Positions 31,008-39,960 of a stretch of 64,000 nt of DNA are shown piece after piece (the first letter of the stretch is position 1; every line of letters begins with the position of its first letter). Source of the DNA: Candidatus Altimarinota bacterium (lineage in GTDB: Bacteria > Patescibacteriota > Gracilibacteria > CAIRYL01); contig OZ252287.1 of assembly GCA_965250085.1 (NCBI GenBank), forward strand, positions 864,001 to 928,000. The letters run 5' to 3'. The translations under genes were made by a program, and so were the position numbers. Below the pieces are notes generated by a model, which did no database searches, was not told where the DNA came from, and worked only from the letters and a program-made list of their open reading frames with translations.

Positions 31008-31475
31008 ATGGAACGTACACTTGTCATTATAAAACCAGATGGAATACAGCGTGGCCTTATCGGAGAAGTCACTCGACGATTTGAGCGCAAGGGGCTTAAA
31101 CTTTTAGGAATAAAAATGATGACTCTCGAAGAAGCTCTTCTTAAAGAGCATTATGAGCATATCGCCGATAAGCCATTTTTTTCAGGAATTTCAGAATTTA
31201 TGCAAAGTTCTCCTGTTATCGTGCAATGCTGGGAAGGGGTAGAAGCCGTACATGCAGTCCGCCTTATTTGTGGTATTACCAAGGCTCGGGAAGCTGATGC
31301 AGGGACTATCCGCGGTGATTTGGCAATGAGCATTCAATGTAATGTGGTTCATGCTTCTGATTCTTTAGAAACAGCACAAAAAGAGGTCCCTCGATTTTTT
31401 GAAGAAGAAGAACTCTTTCACTATGACAAATCAGAGTACCTTCACGTATACTCTGAGGACGAACACCCCAGATAA
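31008..31475 (+). CDS. ndk: Nucleoside diphosphate kinase
   Basis: MERTLVIIKPDG, GTIRGD, NVVHASDS. Confidence 0.96.
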   Translation: MERTLVIIKPDGIQRGLIGEVTRRFERKGLKLLGIKMMTLEEALLKEHYEHIADKPFFSGISEFMQSSPVIVQCWEGVEAVHAVRLICGITKAREADAGTIRGDLAMSIQCNVVHASDSLETAQKEVPRFFEEEELFHYDKSEYLHVYSEDEHPR

Positions 31476-31486
31476 TTTTTTCAGAT

Positions 31487-32287
31487 ATGCGAAATGATGT
31501 TCCTCAGGCGGTTGTAATACAAAAAATTTCTGATATTGCGCACCGTGTCAGACTTTTTGTACTCGAGGCCGAATTGAATTCTCAACCGGGACAGTTTGTA
31601 ATGCTTTGGATTCCCGAGATAGACGAAAAGCCATTTTCCATTGCTGGAGACATGAATGGCAAAATTTCATTTGCAATCTCTGATGTCGGACCATTTTCAC
31701 ATGCTTTATTTCAGAAAAAAGAAGGTGACATGATCGGAATGAGGGGGCCATTTGGACATGGGTACTCCCTTCCACAAAAGCAGAATGTAGTACTCGTCGG
31801 TGGTGGATATGGCATGGCTCCACTTCACAATACTGGAATTCATCATCAAAAAAATGGCTGCATGGTAACCGCTGTAACTGGTGCTCGATCAGCAAAAAAT
31901 GTTCTCTTTGAACAAGAGTGTAAAGATTCGGGATTTCAAACGTTTGTGACCACTGATGATGGCAGTGTTGGTGAGAAAGGATTTGTCACTATGGCACTCC
32001 AAAGAATTTTGCAAGAGGAAAAAATTGATCTGGTGCAAACGTGTGGACCAGAGAAAATGATGAAAGTTGTAGCGGAGACATGTCAGGAAAAAAATATTTC
32101 TTGTGAAGTTTCAGTTGAGAGATACATGAAGTGTGGATTTGGTGTGTGCGGACAGTGCGTTGTGGACGGCAGTGGAGAACGTATGTGCATGGAAGGACCT
32201 GTTGTCAGTGGCGAGCGAGTGATCAAGGAGTTCACTGACTTTGGAGAATACCATCGGGGAGCAGAAGGGCAAAAAATTCTCTGGTGA
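31487..32287 (+). CDS. pyrK: Dihydroorotate dehydrogenase electron transfer subunit
   Basis: PGQFVM, KPFS, RGPFG, GGGYGMAP, CGP, ERYMKCGFGVCGQC...C. Confidence 0.9.
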   Translation: MRNDVPQAVVIQKISDIAHRVRLFVLEAELNSQPGQFVMLWIPEIDEKPFSIAGDMNGKISFAISDVGPFSHALFQKKEGDMIGMRGPFGHGYSLPQKQNVVLVGGGYGMAPLHNTGIHHQKNGCMVTAVTGARSAKNVLFEQECKDSGFQTFVTTDDGSVGEKGFVTMALQRILQEEKIDLVQTCGPEKMMKVVAETCQEKNISCEVSVERYMKCGFGVCGQCVVDGSGERMCMEGPVVSGERVIKEFTDFGEYHRGAEGQKILW

Positions 32288-32363
32288 TTTTTCGCTCCTG
32301 AAAAATAGGCGTATTCTGTATTCATTATTTGTTATTTTCCTTGGAGGACGGTACATTATTTAC

Positions 32364-32873
32364 ATGGAACATTCTCTTTCTGAGCTTGAAACACACACAC
32401 TTTTGCTTCCTTCAGGAGAAAAAATATCTCTTACGGGACTCTGTGTTGATTCTGAAAATGGAAAAATCCTTGGCCTGTGTGCTGGAAAAAACTTTTTTGA
32501 TACTGACAACATTGTGACACAAGGATCTCTTTGGAAATATCAGGGCAAAGATAAAGGCACTTTTCAGGGCCATGATTGGAGGCGGTTTCGAATCCAAAAC
32601 CACAGAGGTGATGCCCGGGGAGTTGTTTCTGAAATGTGGTTTGATGCCGAAACATTCTTTCTCACTAAAATTGAATGCACCCGTACCTTTTTGAAGCTTT
32701 TTCCTCAAAAAAGAATATATCGTCTGTCTGACATATTTGAGGTTCTTCCTTCAAAAAAACGTATCATTGTACATGAAGAAAATCGTGCTTTTGGAGGATA
32801 CAGGCTTCCTGTGCAAAATTTGAAGCACGTTCCGAGTGTGGGATCTGCTCAGTGCCAAAAAAAAGCCTCTTGA
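32364..32873 (+). CDS. Hypothetical protein, possibly PRC-barrel-like
   Basis: Twice-repeated pattern (GEKI..VDSENGKI / GDARGVVSEMWFDAETF); weak. Confidence 0.4.
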   Translation: MEHSLSELETHTLLLPSGEKISLTGLCVDSENGKILGLCAGKNFFDTDNIVTQGSLWKYQGKDKGTFQGHDWRRFRIQNHRGDARGVVSEMWFDAETFFLTKIECTRTFLKLFPQKRIYRLSDIFEVLPSKKRIIVHEENRAFGGYRLPVQNLKHVPSVGSAQCQKKAS

Positions 32874-32930
32874 GTATTTCAAGAAGCTTTTTCTGTATTT
32901 TTTGTTTTTGTGTGTGGTATATGTTTGATG

Positions 32931-33335
32931 CTATACAACCGTATCTCCTACTTCTACAAACAGTCGTACGATCGCGAAAGACAGAAGGACGACAATTATT
33001 CCAATACCAGCCCAAATAAGGATTTTCTTTCCCTTTTCGGTATTTTCTTCATTTCCAGCAGAGGTGAGCATGAGGATACCGGCATAAATCACAAAAATTA
33101 CTGCCAGAAGGCCGAGAAATGAAAGAAAGTAATTTACAAATCCAATAATAGCTTCACGAAATCCGCCAGCAATAGCGTCTTCTGGGCGGTCTTCTTGAAA
33201 GAGAAGATCTGCACCAAGATCCGCACTTTGTGCGAGTACATCTGCTTGTGGGATCAGTCCGATACCCATTCCCAGTAAGAGAATTCCAATGCCAATTTTG
33301 ACAATTGCGGTGTGAGAAAAAGAAAGAGTTTTCAT
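32931..33335 (-). CDS. 2-TM pilin-like protein (VirB2/TrbC-like)
   Basis: Signal peptide; NYFLSFLGLLAVIFVIYAGILMLTSAGNEENTEKGKKILIWAGIG. Confidence 0.8.
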   Translation of the reverse strand: MKTLSFSHTAIVKIGIGILLLGMGIGLIPQADVLAQSADLGADLLFQEDRPEDAIAGGFREAIIGFVNYFLSFLGLLAVIFVIYAGILMLTSAGNEENTEKGKKILIWAGIGIIVVLLSFAIVRLFVEVGDTVV

Positions 33336-33453
33336 AGGAAGCAAGAAAAATATTCTTGAAAGTTCAGATCATTATATCAAATTTTCTCTCTTTTTTCAAG
33401 GGAAATATTGACAGATATTTGCTGTATGCAATACTTCCCTTCTGAATTTAATA

Positions 33454-34491
33454 CCCGCATTCTGTGGTGAAGTGCACCACTTGGGATAAAAAGATATTAG
33501 AGATTGTTATAGAAGTCAAAGACATGGGTGGGAGTTCTAAAGCCGAGAACTTTCATGGGAGTGTTGTTAAGAGTATCAACAAAGGATTGTAACTGGTTTT
33601 GAGAGAAATTCTTGAGGTCAGCTTTCTTAGGGACAAATTTTCTAAGTTTTCCAATGGCGTTTTCTACAGAGCCTTTTTGCCAAGAAGAGTAGGGGTCACA
33701 AAAATAAATAGGGATTCTTAAGTCTTTATATCTTGTGTTTTCTACACCGTTGTCCAAGGTAAGTGAGTATGCAGGGAGTTGGTGCAGAATGTCTCCAAAT
33801 CCCTGCATGGATTCTCTGAGCCGAGACACCTTCTTCACGAATATTTTGAGAGTCGTTCTCTAACGATGACAAGAGTTTGTGGGGAAGCTTTCTTGGGTCT
33901 GCCCATGGTATCTCCTTCGTAGTGTCCAAATCTTTTCTTCTGGTTGATATGCTGAGGTCTTTGGGCAATAAACACTCTATCTTTGATGATTTCATGCTTT
34001 GATTTCTTCTTTCTCCGTTTACGCTTCCTATATCTCTTGCGATAAAGAAGAGGACATAGGTCTTGTCCGTGTGCACTGTAGAGATATGTATAGATGGCAT
34101 CTTTCCCAATACGAACTCTCTTCTCCAAGTACAGTACTCCTGCAATCTTCTCTGGTGACCATTTTAACAACATCTTTTCTCGCATATACTTCTCTATCTC
34201 ATCATCCTCACGTACCTTCATTCCTTGGTATTTACTAAATCTTCTTTTGTTCTGTGCTTTTTGATGAGCCTTACACGCATCGTATCCTCCTCTCTTCATC
34301 TTCCGCTTGAGCTCTCTGATGATTGTAGAGTGACTCCTGTTCATCGCTTTGGCTATCGATCTCATCGAATACCCTTTGGAGTGGAGTATTAAGAGTTCTT
34401 GTCTCTCGCTCTTACTGAAGTGTTCATAGTTGTTCATGCACCTAGAGTATTAAATTCTTCCGAGGTGGTGCACTTCAAACTCGAATTGAGG
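33454..34491 (-). mobile_element. IS30-family insertion sequence
   Basis: Imperfect 27-bp IRs sharing TGAAGTGCACCAC (33454-33480 and 34465-34491); ATA on both flanks (33451-33453, 34492-34494) is a plausible 3-bp TSD. Confidence 0.85.
33497..34437 (-). pseudogene. IS30 transposase split by a frameshift near 33838-33845
   Basis: ORF1: HTH (RSHSTIIRELKR), WSPEKI, GHYEGDT. ORF2: LTLDNGVE, YFCDPYSSWQKGSVEN, LGFRTP. The DDE domain spans two frames. Confidence 0.85.
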
Positions 34492-34508
34492 ATAATTATT
34501 TAAGAAAT

Positions 34509-34790
34509 ATGGCTGAATCTTTCCCCATTTCTTTAAATGATACCCGCAACTTCCAAGACAATGATGTCTGTCCTGATGAGGAAACCTTGGCTTTTTTGAT
34601 TGATGGTACAGAATTTCCAGAAGGTGGTCTTCAAGAAGAACGCAAAAGTTCTGAAGCTGTCTGCCATTGGACCCGAGAAAGCCTTGTCAGTCACTTGAAT
34701 GGCTGTGTGAGATGTTCTGAAATTTTTACCGGGACGCAACAATTGTTGGAAGACATTCTCGAAGAATCCTTCTCGGAAACTGGCGTATAG
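34509..34790 (+). CDS. Small protein with a zf-HC2 (anti-sigma-like zinc finger) motif
   Basis: CPDEETLAFLIDG...SHLNGCVRC (C...H-x3-C-x2-C). Confidence 0.55.
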   Translation: MAESFPISLNDTRNFQDNDVCPDEETLAFLIDGTEFPEGGLQEERKSSEAVCHWTRESLVSHLNGCVRCSEIFTGTQQLLEDILEESFSETGV

Positions 34791-34839
34791 TCAGTTCTTC
34801 ATGTTTCCAGAACGTGGAAAGATTTTTCTGCACACAAAT

Positions 34840-36024
34840 TTAAGATTCAAAATTCAAGTTGACCCTGAGCACGCGACGCGAACCACGATCTTCATGCCCA
34901 GCGTCAGGACTAGCCTCACCCGAATACATGTACCCATAGTGACAACCGGCATTTCGAGCACGCGAAGGATTTTTTCCACTTTCCACCCATATACTCATTT
35001 TTCTCTCAAACTGTTCTTCATTATTTACACGCTTATATTCACTTTTCAGATCAATAAGGCCTCGTTCTGAAAGAACTTGTACTCCATCAAGTATTTCAGT
35101 GGCATCACCTTTTACGACCACAGTTCTACCATCAGTATTGACATACGATATTCTCGTTGCCTGAGATCGAGCAGTATAGTAATTAAATCCCAAGGTTTCT
35201 TCAGGTGGTTCGGCACATCCATCTCCGACAACAAGTTGTCCCTCTTTATTGAGAAAATAAACCTGAGCTTGTTCCAGAGATTCCACGCCTGACAAAAAAT
35301 CAGGCATATTAGGGATAGCTCCTGCAATTTCTTCCCATGTTTTCAGTTGTCCTTTATATGTGCGATCTGCTTTAGAAAGGGCTTCATATTGCCTTGAAAG
35401 TGACACAAGTCTTGGGTCTTCAGGCAGAATATCTTCATCTTTTTCCACAGAATTTTCTCCAATACGAGCCTTTGCAATATCTTCACGAATGCTATGGACC
35501 ATAGCTTCGAAGAGAGCTGGTCCTTCTAAAATTGTATCTATCTTTCTTCCAAGCCATTCAAGATTGTGGGCGAACAGGTCGAGTTTTTCGGCTGCTTCTC
35601 CCGGCAAAGGTGAAAATCCTAAGAGTGTTGTGGGGTTATCGTGGTCATAATCAGCATATTGAGTATATTCACTTGATGATGATTGAAGATCCAGTGTCAT
35701 TCGAAAAAAGAAATCCCCTCTGCAATTTTTGATTACTGTTTCAAAAGGGGTTGATTCTTCTGGCGGAGAATCGTGTGAAAATGATTCGAATTGTCTTAAT
35801 TCCTCTAGTGCTTGAGCATGAGTAGCCATCATGCAGGATACAATTTGCTGTGTAATAGTGTCATACGAAGGTTCTTCTGGGGATGTTCCGAGTATTCCAA
35901 ATGTATATCCTGCAAGAGGGAGTGATCGTAAAAATTGCGAAATGACCTCTTCTATTTGTTGTCGCTCTTGATCTGGTGAAAGCGTTGGCGTTGCTGCTTG
36001 TACTGGAAGAATTTCTGTTGTCAT
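34840..36024 (-). CDS. Hypothetical protein; C-terminus resembles DUF4256
   Basis: DGCAEPP, EYKRV...SIWVES and terminal RGSRRVLRV; resemblance from memory only. Confidence 0.45.
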   Translation of the reverse strand: MTTEILPVQAATPTLSPDQERQQIEEVISQFLRSLPLAGYTFGILGTSPEEPSYDTITQQIVSCMMATHAQALEELRQFESFSHDSPPEESTPFETVIKNCRGDFFFRMTLDLQSSSSEYTQYADYDHDNPTTLLGFSPLPGEAAEKLDLFAHNLEWLGRKIDTILEGPALFEAMVHSIREDIAKARIGENSVEKDEDILPEDPRLVSLSRQYEALSKADRTYKGQLKTWEEIAGAIPNMPDFLSGVESLEQAQVYFLNKEGQLVVGDGCAEPPEETLGFNYYTARSQATRISYVNTDGRTVVVKGDATEILDGVQVLSERGLIDLKSEYKRVNNEEQFERKMSIWVESGKNPSRARNAGCHYGYMYSGEASPDAGHEDRGSRRVLRVNLNFES

Positions 36025-36095
36025 GTGTATTGTAAAAAATGCACCGTAGCGGCATATTACTCCTTTTTTTCATTTTGTCAATCAGTTCCCTGTCC

Positions 36096-36128
36096 AAAAA
36101 AAGACCCACTTTTACGCTGGGTCTTTTT
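36096..36128 (-). terminator. Intrinsic terminator downstream of the pilin-like gene
   Basis: AAAAAGACCCA-loop-TGGGTCTTTTT. Confidence 0.7.
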
Positions 36129-36151
36129 ATTTTCGCAAAATACAAAACTCG

Positions 36152-36538
36152 TTACACCGCTACCGCATCTCCTGCTCCTATAAAGAGTCGTACAATTGAG
36201 TATGAGAGCAGAATAATAATAATTCCTGCTCCTGCCCAAAGGAGAATCTTTTTTCCTTTTTCGGTGCTTTCTTCATTGCCCCCAGAGGTCACCATGAGGA
36301 CTCCCGCATAGATTACAAATACCACGGCAATGAGTCCTAGGAAGGTCAAAAAATAGTTAATAAAACTCACGACAGAATTTCTGAAGTCTCCGCCGGTCAC
36401 ATCTCTTGGCTTGTCTCCATCGCCTATGAGCTGTGCAGCCACATCTGCCTGAGGAATAAATCCCAAAAGGAGCCCTGCTGCAAGGAGAGTAAAGGCGATA
36501 TACCAAAATGTTTTATGGGAAAATACTCGTGCTTTCAT
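36152..36538 (-). CDS. 2-TM pilin-like protein, paralogue of 32931-33335
   Basis: NYFLTFLGLIAVVFVIYAGVLMVTSGGNEESTEKGKKILLWAGAG. Confidence 0.8.
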   Translation of the reverse strand: MKARVFSHKTFWYIAFTLLAAGLLLGFIPQADVAAQLIGDGDKPRDVTGGDFRNSVVSFINYFLTFLGLIAVVFVIYAGVLMVTSGGNEESTEKGKKILLWAGAGIIIILLSYSIVRLFIGAGDAVAV

Positions 36539-36613
36539 AGGAAAAAGGGGAAAAAGAATTGTATCAACACCCTGATTGTAGACTTATCTTTCTGAGAAAT
36601 GCAAATGTTCTTT

Positions 36614-37486
36614 TTAGATTTCCACCAGCTTGAGGCCCACTGTTCCGAGCGAAATAACGCCAATTCCCATCCATTGCCATATGTTGAGTCTCTCGTTATA
36701 GAGGAAGTGAGAAAGGATTGTGGTGACCACAATGCCAGCAACTCCTATTGCTCCAACGATGCCCATAGGTCCCATGGTTCCAGCAAGTGTCAGTGCTCCC
36801 GTTCCGAGAAGTGTACTGCTGGAGATGAAAACAATTATCAGGAGTGTTTTGCGCGGAATCCGCTCTACTTTTTTTCCGGTAACAAGGTAGCGAGCAAATC
36901 CTAAAATAAGAACTGCAAATCCGATAAAAAGTTCCCAAAAGTATCCGGCGGCGAGTGGATTGGTTTGTCTGGCTACCGTCATGACCAAAAAAAATGCAAC
37001 ACTGCCAAATGCTGTTGAACCAAGCGCATACCACAGCCCGTGCCTTGTTCTCTTGTCTAAGTGAGACATGTGATGCTTTTGGAGAGAAAGATATGCCACT
37101 CCCGCCATAATCATCAGGGCAAACAAAAATTCTTTTAAAGAAACTGTTTCTTGTAAAAAAAGATATGCCCACAGAAAGATAAGAACCACGCGGCCACTCC
37201 CAATAGCAGTTGAAATCCCTACTGGTAAAAATCTTTGTGAGAGAAATCCTAAAAAAAGCGCTATTCCCCCCGTAGAAGCGGAAGCCGCGAGTATCGGCCA
37301 CGCAGCGAGTGTGCGGAATGTTTCTCCTTTTCCCACAAAAAAAATCAAAGGAAGCATGGTAATCCCCAAAGAAAGATTGCGATATATCGCGAGGGAAAGT
37401 GCGTCCATACTGCGTGCGTACTTTGTCAGAAAGACAAATTGTACTGAATACGACAACATGGAAAGAACAGAGAGAAAGAAAAACAT
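36614..37486 (-). CDS. DMT/EamA-family transporter
   Basis: About 10 TMs in two repeats (LFLQETV / FLYNERL). Confidence 0.75.
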   Translation of the reverse strand: MFFFLSVLSMLSYSVQFVFLTKYARSMDALSLAIYRNLSLGITMLPLIFFVGKGETFRTLAAWPILAASASTGGIALFLGFLSQRFLPVGISTAIGSGRVVLIFLWAYLFLQETVSLKEFLFALMIMAGVAYLSLQKHHMSHLDKRTRHGLWYALGSTAFGSVAFFLVMTVARQTNPLAAGYFWELFIGFAVLILGFARYLVTGKKVERIPRKTLLIIVFISSSTLLGTGALTLAGTMGPMGIVGAIGVAGIVVTTILSHFLYNERLNIWQWMGIGVISLGTVGLKLVEI

Positions 37487-37570
37487 GGAAAAAATTATGA
37501 ATTATAAATTTTGAATTCTAAATGAAACGAAGGACGAATGACTAATAGCCAGTAACGAAGCGCATATTTA

Positions 37571-38248
37571 TTACAACGTCCAATCGATGGGCTCTTTGCT
37601 CTGGGCTTTCAAAATATCATTGGTCTTGGAAAAGTGTTTGCATCCAAAAAACCCATTGTGTGCTGAAAGAGGGGAAGGATGTGCCGCGCTCAGAACAAAG
37701 TGTTTTGATGTGTCTATGACTTTTCCTTTGTCTTGTGCGTACTTGCCCCAAAGAAGAAACACAATGCCTTCTTTTTCTTCTGATAAACGCCGTATGACAC
37801 TATCGGTAAATTCTTCCCATCCTTTTCCCTGATGTGAAGCTGCTTGATGTGCTTCAACTGTCAGGATTGCATTAAGAAGCAGTACTCCCTGGTCTGCCCA
37901 TTTTTGCAAATCTCCAGTTTTTGGGAGAGGAATACCGAGGTCTTCTTGTCTTTCCAGAAAAATATTTTTCAGAGAAGGTGGAAGTGGGACATCCCGTCCT
38001 ACAGAAAAACAAAGCCCGTTTGCCTGTCCTGGTCCATGATATGGATCTTGTCCCAGAATTACTACTCGTACTTTGTCAAAAGCCGCATGATGAAAGGCGG
38101 CAAAAATATTTCTTGGTGACGGATAGAGTGTTTTTTTCTTCGTAATTTCTTGTATCAGAAATTTTTTAAGGGTTGCAAAGTATTCTTTTTGAAATTCGTT
38201 TTCTAATGCTTTTTTCCAGCCGTCCTCTATGTTTGGATTGACTTCCAT
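37571..38248 (-). CDS. ung: Uracil-DNA glycosylase (family 1)
   Basis: VILGQDPYH, GLCFSV, PPSL, GVLLLN, HPSPLS. Confidence 0.96.
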   Translation of the reverse strand: MEVNPNIEDGWKKALENEFQKEYFATLKKFLIQEITKKKTLYPSPRNIFAAFHHAAFDKVRVVILGQDPYHGPGQANGLCFSVGRDVPLPPSLKNIFLERQEDLGIPLPKTGDLQKWADQGVLLLNAILTVEAHQAASHQGKGWEEFTDSVIRRLSEEKEGIVFLLWGKYAQDKGKVIDTSKHFVLSAAHPSPLSAHNGFFGCKHFSKTNDILKAQSKEPIDWTL

Positions 38249-38389
38249 GTAGAAAAATTGAAACAAACGAGAGTATACGAATGCCCTCGCAAAAAGTCCA
38301 AGTCTTATTTGCTTTGAGCCTCATCCTTTACTTTTCCGCTCTCGTCGTAGAATATGGGATATAGGAAGCTATATTTTTAAGAAGCGCCG

Positions 38390-39382
38390 ATGAATGATGC
38401 ACGCAAAACGTTTCGGAGCAAAATGTGGGATGTTCTCAGTCATCCTCAAAAACAGAATCCCGATAAAAAAGATGCGCTAAAAACACATCTTTGGGATGCT
38501 ATGGAGCATGGTCGAGGAGGGCTTGGACACTTTGTGAACACCTTTACATTTTTTCTCATTATTCTTTCGCTTGTCATTCTTCCTCTTGAGCTTATTCCTG
38601 CTCTTGAGAAATATCATATTTTTGCAGAAATTATTGAAATTTTTATTACTGCAGTTTTTACTGTCGAATACGCACTGCTGATCTACTCAGCCCCAAAAAA
38701 ATGGCATTATATTCTTTCCTGGTGGGGCATTATCGATCTGCTTTCCATCTTGCCGTATTATATTTCTCTCGCAAAAGTGAATTCTCAGGTTTTCCGATTT
38801 GTTCGCTTGCTCCGCGTTATCCGTATTTTGAAGATTGCACATATGAAGTCTGAAGAAGAAGTGGTTGATACTGTTCAAAAAAAATCAGAAAAGTTTCTTT
38901 CCCTTATGGATGGGGAATTTATTGAGAGAGTAGTAATGCAACATCCTTTTTTTCTTATTATTGGTCTCTTTGTTCCCCTGCTCTTAGGTGGTGGTGGAGT
39001 CTTGGTTCTGGCACTTGGAAACTTCCATCAAATCGCTCTCACTATTGGTTCCGTACTCTTTGCCTTTATGTTGTTGTTTCTTTATAAGGCATGGCTCGAC
39101 TATCACTATGATGTCATGTATATAACCAATAGGCGTATTATTTTTCAGAATGAACATATTTTCGGTCGCAGTCACAGCAATGTAGAGTTTCGAGATATTA
39201 CCAATATTCATCCTTCTCGCAGAGGCTTGTTTGCCTTTCTTCTTGGGTATGGTTCCCTTGTTCTCGAAACATCTTCCGATCAGAGCATCATTGAACACAA
39301 AAACATTCGCAAGCACCAGGAGGTTGCCAAATGCATCCATGAAAAATGTCATCTGCACAAAGGCACCATAAAGAATGGATAA
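38390..39382 (+). CDS. Voltage-sensor-like (S1-S4) domain fused to a 2-TM bacterial PH domain
   Basis: FTVEY (S2), IIDLLSILPYY (S3), RFVRLLRVIRILK (S4); then ITNRRII and LLGYGSLVLET (bPH_2-like); no TVGYG pore. Confidence 0.75.
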   Translation: MNDARKTFRSKMWDVLSHPQKQNPDKKDALKTHLWDAMEHGRGGLGHFVNTFTFFLIILSLVILPLELIPALEKYHIFAEIIEIFITAVFTVEYALLIYSAPKKWHYILSWWGIIDLLSILPYYISLAKVNSQVFRFVRLLRVIRILKIAHMKSEEEVVDTVQKKSEKFLSLMDGEFIERVVMQHPFFLIIGLFVPLLLGGGGVLVLALGNFHQIALTIGSVLFAFMLLFLYKAWLDYHYDVMYITNRRIIFQNEHIFGRSHSNVEFRDITNIHPSRRGLFAFLLGYGSLVLETSSDQSIIEHKNIRKHQEVAKCIHEKCHLHKGTIKNG

Positions 39383-39507
39383 TTCCTCCATGGAGAATTG
39401 CGACATATCTTTCGTTCCTTCGTTAGAATTTTGGGGATTATTTTTTCCTGCTTGCTTTGTGGGAGATTCTTTAAAAAAATTGATGTCGCAATTTGTCTTT
39501 TGTTTTT

Positions 39508-39954
39508 TTATGTATCTGCTTCTTTTTTGGGAGGGAGAAAGGGAATGATTTCTTTCTGTAAAAAAAGATTGGTCATGAGCTGTATGTTGTTCTTTCGGGC
39601 AAATTCGCGCATTTCAAATGTGTCACATTTTATCTCACACCATATGCGAAAAATCCCTAAATCTCTCATTTCTTTCAACACTGCAAGCCCTAAGTATGGG
39701 TCTTTTTGTTTTAAGGCAGTATATATAACCACGTCTGGAAAGCGCTTTTTTTTTGCCATTTTTGTAAGATTCGGAAAACAGGGGTCTCCTTGCAGCACTT
39801 TTTCTTCGGCATTGACCGGAGTGACCTTCTGCCATTCGTCTTTCAAAAACATATAGATATCAAATCCTGGTTCTTTTTTATTGTTAGAAGCTCCCACTAC
39901 AGCAAAATGGAATTCTGTTTGAAAAAAATCTTTCGGATCGAAGTATAAAGACAT
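39508..39954 (-). CDS. CoA-binding domain protein
   Basis: AVVGAS...G...VTPVN...G...FPNL. Confidence 0.75.
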   Translation of the reverse strand: MSLYFDPKDFFQTEFHFAVVGASNNKKEPGFDIYMFLKDEWQKVTPVNAEEKVLQGDPCFPNLTKMAKKKRFPDVVIYTALKQKDPYLGLAVLKEMRDLGIFRIWCEIKCDTFEMREFARKNNIQLMTNLFLQKEIIPFLPPKKEADT

Positions 39955-39960
39955 GACACA

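Noticed and set aside
33830-33850. Programmed frameshift in the IS30 transposase
   Set aside because: IS30 transposases are normally single ORFs, the break is inside the DDE domain, and no clear slippery heptamer is present; treated as a mutation or sequencing error.
38390-39382. Conventional voltage-gated potassium channel
   Set aside because: No pore helix or TVGYG filter between TMs; the GYG present lies within the PH-domain motif LLGYGSL.
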